In this document: positions 30,006-38,724 of the stretch, one piece after another
Numbering within the stretch: the stretch's first letter is position 1
How the letters are laid out: every line of letters starts with the position of its first letter
Assembly: GCA_016179055.1 (NCBI GenBank)
Contig: JACOSC010000071.1
Location: 947 to 64,946 of the forward strand
Reading direction: 5' to 3'
DNA: 64,000 nucleotides
From: Acidobacteriota bacterium
GTDB lineage: Bacteria; Acidobacteriota; UBA6911; JACOSC01
The notes under the pieces: model-generated
The model's input: the letters and a program-made list of their open reading frames with translations, nothing else
What the model was told of the DNA's origin: nothing
Databases searched by the model: none
Made by a program: the position numbers and the translations under genes

Positions 30006-30658
30006 GGCACCAAACCTCCGCTGTTCAGAATGGCGAGCCGCTCGGTTCCTTCGGTCACCGCCTTCTGCAAGTAGTCGCGATGGTTGAGGAGCAAAACCTC
30101 CAGGCATGCGCCGGCCCTGGTGTAGAACAGCTCCCGCGTCGCGCCAGGCAGGCGTCGATTGACGAGCGGGAACCAGGCCCCAAGGTGTCGCTCAAGGAAA
30201 TCCCGCTGGGCAAGCCGGAGAGCCTGCAGCTTCGCCTCCGTTCCGTCAGCCTTGGTTTCCTCCTCAGCCAGGTAAGCCATGAGCTCCAACTCCACACACA
30301 GGTGATCGGGATACTCTCGCGGTTCCTCGCACAGGTGCACGCCGAGGTGATCGTAAAACCTCATCAGGTCCATAAAGAGCGCCTGCCGCGTTCCGTCTTG
30401 CACGATCAACCCCTCGTGCAGGGGACAAGCCGGGGCCACATCGAACGCATTGATGTACTCCGGCTCAACTTCTTCCCACGGTAGGGAGAAGCGCAGATCC
30501 TCGTTCAAGGCCACGCAGAACGGCAACCGCGAGAACACTCCCCGGAGCCACGCCTGCGACGCTTCCGAGGCAAGGAGATCGTAGAAATCCTTGCTCGGAT
30601 ACGAAAAGGCCTGAGCGGCGAACATGTACGCTTGTGCGACGGGGTTCACGAGCTCCAT
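30002..30658 (-). CDS. Delta subunit: TorD/NarJ-family maturation chaperone
   Basis: 218 aa with EPEYINAFDVAP..PLHEG and YPDHLCVELELMAYL, typical of redox-enzyme maturation proteins. Sits between beta and gamma. Confidence 0.75.
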   Translation of the reverse strand: MELVNPVAQAYMFAAQAFSYPSKDFYDLLASEASQAWLRGVFSRLPFCVALNEDLRFSLPWEEVEPEYINAFDVAPACPLHEGLIVQDGTRQALFMDLMRFYDHLGVHLCEEPREYPDHLCVELELMAYLAEEETKADGTEAKLQALRLAQRDFLERHLGAWFPLVNRRLPGATRELFYTRAGACLEVLLLNHRDYLQKAVTEGTERLAILNSGGLVP

Positions 30659-31867
30659 TCACTTGCCCCCTTCATTGCCGGCGGCGGTGTCCTTGGAAGG
30701 AGGAACAAACTGCGTAGCCACCGGCTGCACCTCTTCGGGAAGCCGGAAGGGCGCCCCGCCAACGTTGAGCTGGAATCGATCCGCTGTGTCGAAACCGATG
30801 AGGATCTCGCACAGCTCCGACCGTTCGCCTCGCCGCACCCTCTCCTTCTCGGCGGTCAGCGTATCGAGGGCCTTTTTTACATTTTCCACGCCACCGAAAA
30901 GGCGGCCAAGATACTCGATGGGGATCCGGCGCTCCTTGAGCACTTCGCCTTTCGGGCCGAACTTGAACGACCCGATCGGGGGCACGTAGAAAACGTTGGG
31001 CCCGGTGCCGTACTCCGGGTGGAGGGGGAGGGCGACCTTCCAATCGTGGATGAGTTTGCGGACGGCGCTCTTGGGATCGTCCTTCCACCCGAGGAATCGT
31101 ATACGGCCCGGGCACTGCCAGAAGCAAGCCGGCGGTACCCCCTTCTCCACTCTCGGGTAGCATAGGAGGCACTTCTCGGACTTGCCCGTGGCAGGGTTGA
31201 AGAACACCTTTTTGTAGGGACAGGCGGTCACGCAGTGCCGATAGCCGCGGCACCGCTCCTGGTCAATCAGTACGATGCCGTCTTGTTTCCGCTTGTAGAT
31301 GGCTTTGCGCGGACATGCCGCAAGACAGGCCGGCGTCGTGCAATGGTTGCAAATCCGGGGCATGCTGAAGACCCAGTGATTGGGCCAATCGCCGGCGCCC
31401 TGGTCTTCCTCCCAGTTTGGGCCCCACTTGGGACGGACTTCCTTCCCTTGCCAGAGCGGGGCTACCCTCCTGGCGCGCGGATCATCGAAGGTCTGCCCCG
31501 GTTCGTAGACGCCCCCGTAGTCGTATTCCCAGGGAAGGCCGTAGTGGTCTTCCATCGTCGGGAGCGCTCCAAGCTGTACTTCTCCCCTGCTCTTGACGGC
31601 GCCGTCCGTGTGGCCCACTTCCAGGACGACGTCGGCGAAGCCTCCGCCCAGCACGTCGCCGGCGCCGTCGGCCGTCTGGTTCGTTCCGGCTCCCCACCCC
31701 TTCGGAAAGCCGTGACCCGGCATCGATTCCACGTTGTTCCAGTACATGTAGTCGCGGCCGTTCCGGTTCGTCCACATGAGCTTGCACGCCACGCTGCACG
31801 TGTGGCATTCAAGACACTTGTTCAGGTCGAACACTGCGGCCAGTTGTCGGCCCTCAAGCTCCGGCAT
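30659..31867 (-). CDS. Beta subunit: four-cluster Fe-S protein (NarH/EbdB/SerB-like)
   Basis: CLECHTCSVACK, CNHCTTPACLAACP, CRGYRHCVTACP, CLLCYPRVEKGVPPACFWQCP. Confidence 0.9.
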   Translation of the reverse strand: MPELEGRQLAAVFDLNKCLECHTCSVACKLMWTNRNGRDYMYWNNVESMPGHGFPKGWGAGTNQTADGAGDVLGGGFADVVLEVGHTDGAVKSRGEVQLGALPTMEDHYGLPWEYDYGGVYEPGQTFDDPRARRVAPLWQGKEVRPKWGPNWEEDQGAGDWPNHWVFSMPRICNHCTTPACLAACPRKAIYKRKQDGIVLIDQERCRGYRHCVTACPYKKVFFNPATGKSEKCLLCYPRVEKGVPPACFWQCPGRIRFLGWKDDPKSAVRKLIHDWKVALPLHPEYGTGPNVFYVPPIGSFKFGPKGEVLKERRIPIEYLGRLFGGVENVKKALDTLTAEKERVRRGERSELCEILIGFDTADRFQLNVGGAPFRLPEEVQPVATQFVPPSKDTAAGNEGGK

Positions 31868-31870
31868 GGC

Positions 31871-34828
31871 TCACACTCCCTCCGCTTTCTCGATATCCAC
31901 GCCCGTCTCGTAATAAATGCGGTTGCTGGTGTGGTTGCCCGAGAAGGCGTAGTGACCCTTGGTCGCACCCGCGAGCTCCAGCGGGTTCAGGAATTCGCAG
32001 TTAAGATTGTTGTAGTGGGTCCAGTTCTTACACATATAATGTTCCCATCCATGCTCCGTGAAGACCATGTAGGGGGGAAGCCCCGGCCACGACTTGGCCC
32101 GCGCGTACCACTCGCCCATGTGGTTGTAGACGCGCACCATGTCCATGTCCTCGATGCCCCTCTCCTTCATGACCTTGGGATTGAGGTATAGGTACACATC
32201 ACCGCGCTGGAGGCGCATCAGCCACCGGTTGTTCCGGTAGGCCGAGTGGATGCCCCACTTGGTGTGGGGGTAGTTCATGACGAACGGGTAGGCACTTCCG
32301 TTCGGCCGACGCGGCGACTGGGGCCCGCCCCGCCACTTGTCCGTGTACTGGGGCCTGGGCGTCGCCATGGCGAACTTGAGGTAGTAGTCGTGGTCCACGT
32401 AGAACTGGAAGCGGCCCGTGTTAGTTTTGGCCGGTTTCTTGTCGACAACCTGGTAGCGCAGAGAGCGAGCGGGGGCGTCGTCCTCGTAGTTGCCGTACTT
32501 GGCCGCGCCTCCGAACTTTACGTAGCCGTCCCGAACGAGTTTCTCGTGCCCTTCTTTTCCGATGCCCTTGGACTTCTCGTTGTGCCACTGGACGGCTTTC
32601 TCGTCCGTGTCAAGCGCGCCGTTGAGGATGTACTCGTCGTAGATCGTGTCCAGGTCGATGGTCCTTTTGACTGTCTTCTGTCCGTTCCAGTACTCGAAGA
32701 CGGTGCGCTTGAGGCCCCGCGCCCGCGCCTTCTCCTGAATGGCCTTGCATAGTCCCATATAGATCTGCCAGTCTGACTTGCGCTCGTACATCGGGGGAAC
32801 GGCGCGCCCGAACAGGGTGAGGAAGGGGTTCGTGGTCGTTTCCCGAAGGTCCCAGCGCTCGTAGTCGGTGGCAGCGGCGAGAACGTAGTCGCACGACTGC
32901 ATGGAAGACGTCATACGGATGTCGGCGCCGATGAGGAGCTCCACCTGGGGGAGGAACTTCTCGCGGAACCACTGCTGGCCCACCTTGTTGCGGTAATTGT
33001 TGCAGGAGTGCCAGAGGGCGATCTTGGGAGGTCGCATGTCGGGAAGGTACTTTTTCGCCAGCGCGTCCTTCAGGTAGACCTCCATGTCGTTCGCGTCGAA
33101 GCCGATCTGCTCCTTGAGCGGAGCCTTGGCGAAGTATTGCTTCGTGCGCTCCAGCCCCTTCCCGTAGACGAACTCGTAGGCAAGACCCACGGTAATCGGC
33201 TTTTTCCCGCCCTTCTTGGCCTCGATGCCCAACTCCGCGACCGCGGGCTGGTCGGGGTAATGGAGACCCCCGTCCGTCCTGCCGCCCTCGAGTTTCATTC
33301 CCTCGTAGGTCTGGTGGTAGGCCCCGCTGCCCCCGAGCTGCCCGGTCAGGACGAGGATGAGGATCTTGAGCCGCTCGGACTGGTGGCCGTCGTAGTGCTT
33401 CTGACAGTTGTACCCGTTGGTGATGTGCAGGGACTTGGACTCATAGATCCAGTCCACCATGGTCCGGATCACGGACGGGTGGAGGCCGGTGGCCTCTCGT
33501 ACCAGGTCGCTGTCGAGTGGATATTTTTTGAGACCGATCTTGACAAGCTCGAAAACAGTCGTGCACTTTGCCGTGCGGCCATCGGCAAGGGTGACGGTAA
33601 ACTGCCCCTCGAGGGCGGGCAAGTAGCCGAGCTTGGCGATGTCCAGGGTCTTGCGGTCCGCGGAGCTCTCGAGGCAACCCGGCGCCTCGACCGCCTGGCT
33701 GGTCTTGGTGTCCCAGAAGTAGTACTGGAGTTCTTTCCCATCGCGCTTCACATCCTTCTGGGTCAGGAACTTCTGGGTGTCCAGCCGCACCAGGAAAGGC
33801 AGGTCCGACTGCTCCTTCATGAACTCCTCGTCATACCTCTTCTCCTTGATGATCGTGTGGCAAATGGCAGCGGCGAGGGCAGCGTCGCCTGCCATCCGTA
33901 TGGGAACGAAAAGGTCGGCGGCCTGCGCCGCGGTGACGTTGTGGTTCGGGTCCACGACGATGACGCGCGCACCGTTGTACTTCGCCTCCGTTGCGAAATG
34001 CGCATCCGGCATGCGCATGGCGATGAAGTTCTGCGTCCAGGAGATGAGGAGATCAGCGGTGAACCAGTCATCCAGGTTAGAGCCGACGCGCCCGATGAGG
34101 ACCGTGTGCCCGGCGGGGTAGGCATCGCCTACCATCGCCGACACGGGGATGATCTGTCCGCCCAGGAGCCCCGTGAAGCGCTCAGAGCCGCCCTTGCTGA
34201 GCTGCGAAAAAGGCCGCGAGGTCGTAACCAGCGCACCGGGGTCCCGCGCAGTGATGTCAATGATCTTTTCCGCGATCTCGTTGAACGCTTCATCCCAACT
34301 GATCCGCTTCCACTTTCGTTCGCCTCGCTCGCCGGCTCGTTTGAGAGGGTACCGGAGGAAATCGGCCTGTAGTCTCCAGTCGGAGTATAGGCAACCCTTC
34401 TGGCAGCCACGGGGCGAGAAGGAAGGGATTCGGCCGAAGGGGCCGTAGCGTACGTATTCTCCCCGATCTTTGCCCATGATCGCATAAGTGTACTTGCCGG
34501 GAGTGTGTTTGCCATAGGCGGGGTAGGTCGCCGTCTGTTCCTCCCGCAGCGGAATTCCGCTTTTGGAATAGACCTTCCATGAACACTTGCCGACGCATCC
34601 CACGCTGTGGGTCGCGTACTGCACCCGATCCCAGACCCATTCCTTCCGGTAAAGGTCTTCCCATCGCTGGTAGTCCCACTCGGCGCCCTGCCAAGGGGGT
34701 TCCTGCGAAGGGACGATGAACCTAAACACCGCATAACCCACGGCCCCAACTGCCGCACCTCCGGCGGTCATCAGGAATCCACGCCGCGTGATTAGGCGCC
34801 GCGGGTCTTGCTCATTTTGCTGTGTCAT
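31871..34828 (-). CDS. Alpha subunit: Tat-exported molybdopterin oxidoreductase, type II (Nar-like) DMSO-reductase family
   Basis: GGAGG lies before ATG 34828. Twin-arginine leader RRLITRRGFLMTAGGAAVGAVG. FS0 motif HSVGCVGKC (H-x3-C-x3-C). 985 aa. Confidence 0.9.
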   Translation of the reverse strand: MTQQNEQDPRRLITRRGFLMTAGGAAVGAVGYAVFRFIVPSQEPPWQGAEWDYQRWEDLYRKEWVWDRVQYATHSVGCVGKCSWKVYSKSGIPLREEQTATYPAYGKHTPGKYTYAIMGKDRGEYVRYGPFGRIPSFSPRGCQKGCLYSDWRLQADFLRYPLKRAGERGERKWKRISWDEAFNEIAEKIIDITARDPGALVTTSRPFSQLSKGGSERFTGLLGGQIIPVSAMVGDAYPAGHTVLIGRVGSNLDDWFTADLLISWTQNFIAMRMPDAHFATEAKYNGARVIVVDPNHNVTAAQAADLFVPIRMAGDAALAAAICHTIIKEKRYDEEFMKEQSDLPFLVRLDTQKFLTQKDVKRDGKELQYYFWDTKTSQAVEAPGCLESSADRKTLDIAKLGYLPALEGQFTVTLADGRTAKCTTVFELVKIGLKKYPLDSDLVREATGLHPSVIRTMVDWIYESKSLHITNGYNCQKHYDGHQSERLKILILVLTGQLGGSGAYHQTYEGMKLEGGRTDGGLHYPDQPAVAELGIEAKKGGKKPITVGLAYEFVYGKGLERTKQYFAKAPLKEQIGFDANDMEVYLKDALAKKYLPDMRPPKIALWHSCNNYRNKVGQQWFREKFLPQVELLIGADIRMTSSMQSCDYVLAAATDYERWDLRETTTNPFLTLFGRAVPPMYERKSDWQIYMGLCKAIQEKARARGLKRTVFEYWNGQKTVKRTIDLDTIYDEYILNGALDTDEKAVQWHNEKSKGIGKEGHEKLVRDGYVKFGGAAKYGNYEDDAPARSLRYQVVDKKPAKTNTGRFQFYVDHDYYLKFAMATPRPQYTDKWRGGPQSPRRPNGSAYPFVMNYPHTKWGIHSAYRNNRWLMRLQRGDVYLYLNPKVMKERGIEDMDMVRVYNHMGEWYARAKSWPGLPPYMVFTEHGWEHYMCKNWTHYNNLNCEFLNPLELAGATKGHYAFSGNHTSNRIYYETGVDIEKAEGV

Positions 34829-34932
34829 GGTCCTCCGTCCGCTGCCGATAGAGGGCAGCCGTCACTGGCGTTGGCATCGCAAGCTATCCGGAGCCGCGCC
34901 GGCGGCGACTTGTCGGACAAGCCGAGGCTCGG

Positions 34933-34947
34933 GCAAGAACCGTGCCA
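34933..34947 (-). promoter_or_regulatory. Sigma54 (-24/-12) promoter of the Mo-enzyme operon
   Basis: The minus strand reads TGGCACggttcTTGC, an exact match to the TGGCAC-N5-TTGC consensus. It lies about 105 nt upstream of the alpha ATG and directly downstream of an NtrC-type activator gene. Confidence 0.8.
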
Positions 34948-35100
34948 CGACAGGCATGGGACGGCCGACGACGGATTCGACTTTGCAATCAGTTGTTTAT
35001 CTGACCATTGGCGCGACGCCGGCGGCGTCGGTTTCGCACGTGTGCAAGGAAGTCCTGGTGATCCCTCTTGCGCCGCTGCGAGACGCATCGTGAGCGCCCG

Positions 35101-36456
35101 CTATTCCGGACTACGGTCAACCGTGGAGAGCTTGCGGTAGAGCGTGGCGGGATCAATCCCGAGGCGCCGCGCCGCCTCTTCCTTATTGCCTCCGACGGCG
35201 TCGAGCACATGCCGAATGTGCTCCTGCTCGTAGACTCGCAACGCCGCGCGCAGGTCGTCGGCCACCACACGCTTCGGCCCCTTGCCCGAAAGCCTTTCCG
35301 GCAAGTGCTCCACGGCGATCATTCCGTCCTGCGTCAAGATGGCGGCACGCTCGATGACATTCTGGACCTCGCGCACATTGCCGGGCCACTGGTAGGCGAG
35401 AAGGAGCTGCATGGCGGCGCGATCGATGATGCGAATCTCGCGCTTCAGGTCCGCGCTGAACTTGCGACGGAAGTGCTCGGCGAGGAGCGGTATATCCTCC
35501 CTGCGTTCTCTCAGTGGTGGGAGGTGCAACTCTATGACGGAGAGGCGAAAGAAAAGATCTTCTCGAAAGGTTCCCGCCTTCACGCACTCGGCGAGGTTGC
35601 GGTTGGTAGAGGCGACAATGCGCGTGTCTACGGTTCTCGGCTGAGTTGCGCCGAGAGGCAAGACCTGCTTCTGTTCCACAACGCGCAGGAGCTTCGCCTG
35701 CGTTTCGATACTCATCTCGCTTATTTCGTCGAGGAAGAGAGTCCCGTCCTTGGCGGCCTCAACGAGACCGATCCGGTCTCGCACCGCTCCAGTGAACGCC
35801 CCGCGCAAGTGCCCGAACAGCTCGCCCTCCAACAAGGAATGAGGCAGAGCTGCACAGTTGACGGCAACGAACCGCTCCTCCCGACATGGACTGGCCTGAT
35901 GAAGCAGCCGTGCAACAACTTCCTTACCGGTCCCCGTCTCGCCCGTGATAAGCACGGTCGTCCGTGTCGGTGCAACACGCTTGATGAGCTCGTACACTTG
36001 AGCCATTGCCCGACTCTTCCCAACGAGCCCAGTGACCTCGGTTGTGCGGACGAGCTCCCGGCGAAGCGCACGCAGCTTCGCGAGCGCCTCCTGGTGATCC
36101 AGGAACCGGCGTACTTTGCGGTCGACCTCGTCGGCGTTCAGGGGTTTGAGGAGATAATCCACGGCTCCTGCCCGAAACGCTTCCATTGCCGTCTCGAGTG
36201 AACCAAAGGCCGTCATCACAAAAACACCTACCTCCGGCTTCCCTCCGATCTCTCGCAGCAGCGCCAAGGCGCCCCCTCCAGGCATAACAACGTCGCAAAG
36301 AACCACGCTCGAGCCCAGCGCCTGCACGGTCTTAACGGCAGTCTCGATGTCACCGGTCGTGCGGCACTCGAAACCGCGACGACGAAGGAGTCTCGCCAGG
36401 TCTTCTCGAAAAGGTTCCTCGTCATCTACGATGAGCAGATTCGGCTTCATGTTCAC
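35101..36456 (-). CDS. Sigma54-dependent response regulator (NtrC family)
   Basis: Receiver NLLIVDDEEP, Walker A GETGTGKE, sigma54-contact loop GAFTGA, C-terminal Fis-type HTH AARRLGIDPATLYRKL. Confidence 0.9.
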   Translation of the reverse strand: MNMKPNLLIVDDEEPFREDLARLLRRRGFECRTTGDIETAVKTVQALGSSVVLCDVVMPGGGALALLREIGGKPEVGVFVMTAFGSLETAMEAFRAGAVDYLLKPLNADEVDRKVRRFLDHQEALAKLRALRRELVRTTEVTGLVGKSRAMAQVYELIKRVAPTRTTVLITGETGTGKEVVARLLHQASPCREERFVAVNCAALPHSLLEGELFGHLRGAFTGAVRDRIGLVEAAKDGTLFLDEISEMSIETQAKLLRVVEQKQVLPLGATQPRTVDTRIVASTNRNLAECVKAGTFREDLFFRLSVIELHLPPLRERREDIPLLAEHFRRKFSADLKREIRIIDRAAMQLLLAYQWPGNVREVQNVIERAAILTQDGMIAVEHLPERLSGKGPKRVVADDLRAALRVYEQEHIRHVLDAVGGNKEEAARRLGIDPATLYRKLSTVDRSPE

Positions 36457-36491
36457 TCTTCACCGTCAGTGGGTTCTGGCTCGGCTCGACC

Positions 36492-38465
36492 TTAGCTAAG
36501 GTGTGCCGTGGCCGGCAAAACAATCTCGAACCGGCTGCCTTGTCCGGGTTGCCCGTCCCCGCGCATGGCTCCCCCAAGCTCGCAGACGATTTTGTGACTG
36601 AGGAACAAGCCGAGGCCGGTTCCTCCTTTCTTGGTGGTGAAAAAAGGCCGAAAGAGGTTTGTCTTCGCTTCCTCGCTCAGGCCGCACCCCGAATCGGCGA
36701 ACTCCACCCGAACCTTGTTTGCGCTGGCCTGGACGCGAATGCCAAGGCGTCCCCCGCCCGGCATGGCCTCCAGACCATTCAAAGCGACGTTGAGAAACAC
36801 CTGGCTGAGCTGGTCGGTGGATGCCTTCACCCACGGCAGAACGTCCGGCGACTGTAACTCAATGAGAACATCTCGGGCGCGGGGGTCCATTCGGATCATG
36901 GAGATGATCTGAACGAGCACGTCCCCCGGATTGCAGATAGACGAAGACGGAGCGGGCGCGGCAAAGCGCGTGACGCTGTGGACGAGGCGGCGGATTCGCT
37001 CGATCTGCTCTCGCAGAAGTTGTGCGCTCTCACGCGCGAACACCGCGCCACCCTCCTCTTCTTCCATGAGCTGAAGCCGCGTCACCATCGAAGCGATCGG
37101 GTTGCCGATCTCATGCGCCAACGCAGTCGCCATGCGCCCGAGGGCCGCCATCTTTGTGGCGTGGAGGACCTCCGCCTCCATGGCCTTCTGGTCCGTGACA
37201 TCGTGCACGAGCTCCAACACCTGCGGCGACTTTCCGCTGTCCATTTGCAAGGGAATCGCCTGGATGCGGAGGATGCGGCCACGACCGTCGGGAAGAGGGT
37301 GGGGTGTTTCTATGGCAACGGATTCTCCGCTGCGAAGCGCCCGTGCCGTGGCGCATTCCCGGCATGCCGCGCGGGTGTTCGTCGCGTGTGGAAAAAGTGG
37401 ACAGGCGTCGGGCTGCGCGCCTTCACCGTCTGGAAACTTGAACCACTGGCGGGCCAGCTGATTACACCAGATCAGGCGATGATCATTCGACCACAGGAGC
37501 AAAGCCGCGCCCATCGAGTTGACGACCGCCGTAAGCCTTTGCTCCGATGATCCGAGTTTTTCCGCCGAGCGCAAGAGATCGAGATCCCGAAGCTGCAGTT
37601 GTTCGCGCAGCAATACCGCAAAGTAGGCGGTGACCCAGAACACGAGGAGGCAGGACGTCACCTTGCCGAGCACGAAGGGCATGTAGACCGCGGCATAGTC
37701 CCTCGCACCGGCCTGAGCCGAGTAGGGAAATAGGGCGATCGGATAATGAGGCAGGAGCCCCGTTGCTTCCGCAACAGCCATGGCGGCGAGCAGTAATGAA
37801 GCCCATGCCACAATCGCATAGGCCGTGCGCGCCTGAAAGAGGATCGCGGCGATTACGATATGGAATATAAAGACGCGGGAGAACGGATTCTCGATGCCGC
37901 CGGAGAAGTGCAGGAGCCCCGTTAGAAACACGAGGTCCAAGCCGACTTGAAGAATGAGGAAACGATCGAGACGTCGCACCCGCCGAAGCGCGAGAGAGAA
38001 GGCCAGATTGCTCAAAGCAAGTCCAGCGATCGTTCCAAGCAGGGGCGCAAGGACATCGGTAGGGAGGAGGTCGAAGTACCGAACTCCCAACAACGTCGCG
38101 AGGAGCGTCACGATCACGACAGCCCAGCGCATGGTAATGAACCAACGAGCGTTCTGCCGAAGCGTCGCTTCGATATGCGATGCGGGTGACGTGAGACGCG
38201 GGGCAATCTCCTGGGACGGGAAAATGCGCGGCGCCCACCGCAGCAGGAACCATCCGACCACGAGGCCCACTAGCATCGAGGTTCCAAGTCCTCGAACCAG
38301 GTGGAGCACCCGGAGGAGATCGGAGTTCGCATCGCGCAACCACAGCCGCTCAACGACTTCATAGCCGCCGAAGATGCCGATGATGCCCAAGCCGCAAAGC
38401 AACGCGAGCCAGCCGACTGCCTGCGGTTTCGATTCCTGGTCCGATCCTTTGCCTGTTCTGTTCAT
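36492..38465 (-). CDS. Multi-TM sensor histidine kinase with Cys-rich PAS domain
   Basis: About 7 N-terminal hydrophobic segments. PAS-like region with C334, C355, C368 and C371. H-box LAHEIGNPI. HATPase motifs (GGTGLGL). Confidence 0.85.
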   Translation of the reverse strand: MNRTGKGSDQESKPQAVGWLALLCGLGIIGIFGGYEVVERLWLRDANSDLLRVLHLVRGLGTSMLVGLVVGWFLLRWAPRIFPSQEIAPRLTSPASHIEATLRQNARWFITMRWAVVIVTLLATLLGVRYFDLLPTDVLAPLLGTIAGLALSNLAFSLALRRVRRLDRFLILQVGLDLVFLTGLLHFSGGIENPFSRVFIFHIVIAAILFQARTAYAIVAWASLLLAAMAVAEATGLLPHYPIALFPYSAQAGARDYAAVYMPFVLGKVTSCLLVFWVTAYFAVLLREQLQLRDLDLLRSAEKLGSSEQRLTAVVNSMGAALLLWSNDHRLIWCNQLARQWFKFPDGEGAQPDACPLFPHATNTRAACRECATARALRSGESVAIETPHPLPDGRGRILRIQAIPLQMDSGKSPQVLELVHDVTDQKAMEAEVLHATKMAALGRMATALAHEIGNPIASMVTRLQLMEEEEGGAVFARESAQLLREQIERIRRLVHSVTRFAAPAPSSSICNPGDVLVQIISMIRMDPRARDVLIELQSPDVLPWVKASTDQLSQVFLNVALNGLEAMPGGGRLGIRVQASANKVRVEFADSGCGLSEEAKTNLFRPFFTTKKGGTGLGLFLSHKIVCELGGAMRGDGQPGQGSRFEIVLPATAHLS

Positions 38466-38534
38466 AAAGAACGAGTTTTAACAACCTAATCGTGTAGTTT
38501 TCCACTGGTCGTTGGGTAGATAGGAAATCGCTTT

Positions 38535-38724
38535 GAAACCGTTCACGGGGATCGGGGGTCAGGGATCAGAGACTGAGTGCCCGGGGTGCCGATGACTGTT
38601 AGGAATTATCGTGATTTAGAGATTGGGTAGTGGGGCGGATGCTTAACGGATTGCGGAAGTCATTGAAAAAGAAATCCAACCAATATCGCCCGATCCCCGA
38701 CCCCTGACCCCCGTGAACGGTTAC
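38535..38724. mobile_element. MITE copy A (190 bp) with terminal inverted repeats and 8-bp target duplication
   Basis: Ends are gaaaccgttcacgggg .. ccccgtgaacggttac. A perfect direct repeat atcgcttt abuts both ends (38527-38534 and 38725-38732). The internal sequence is near-identical to 50998-51180. Confidence 0.85.

Noticed and set aside
28899-36201. Long plus-strand ORFs (28899-29807, 31235-32191, 33008-34372, 35068-36201 and others) antisense to the Mo-enzyme and regulator genes. Similar cases occur at 9158-10000 and 37483-38343.
   Set aside because: These are typical shadow ORFs of GC-rich genes. They have Arg/Pro/Gly-rich low-complexity translations and no motifs. The opposite strand carries unmistakable domain signatures.
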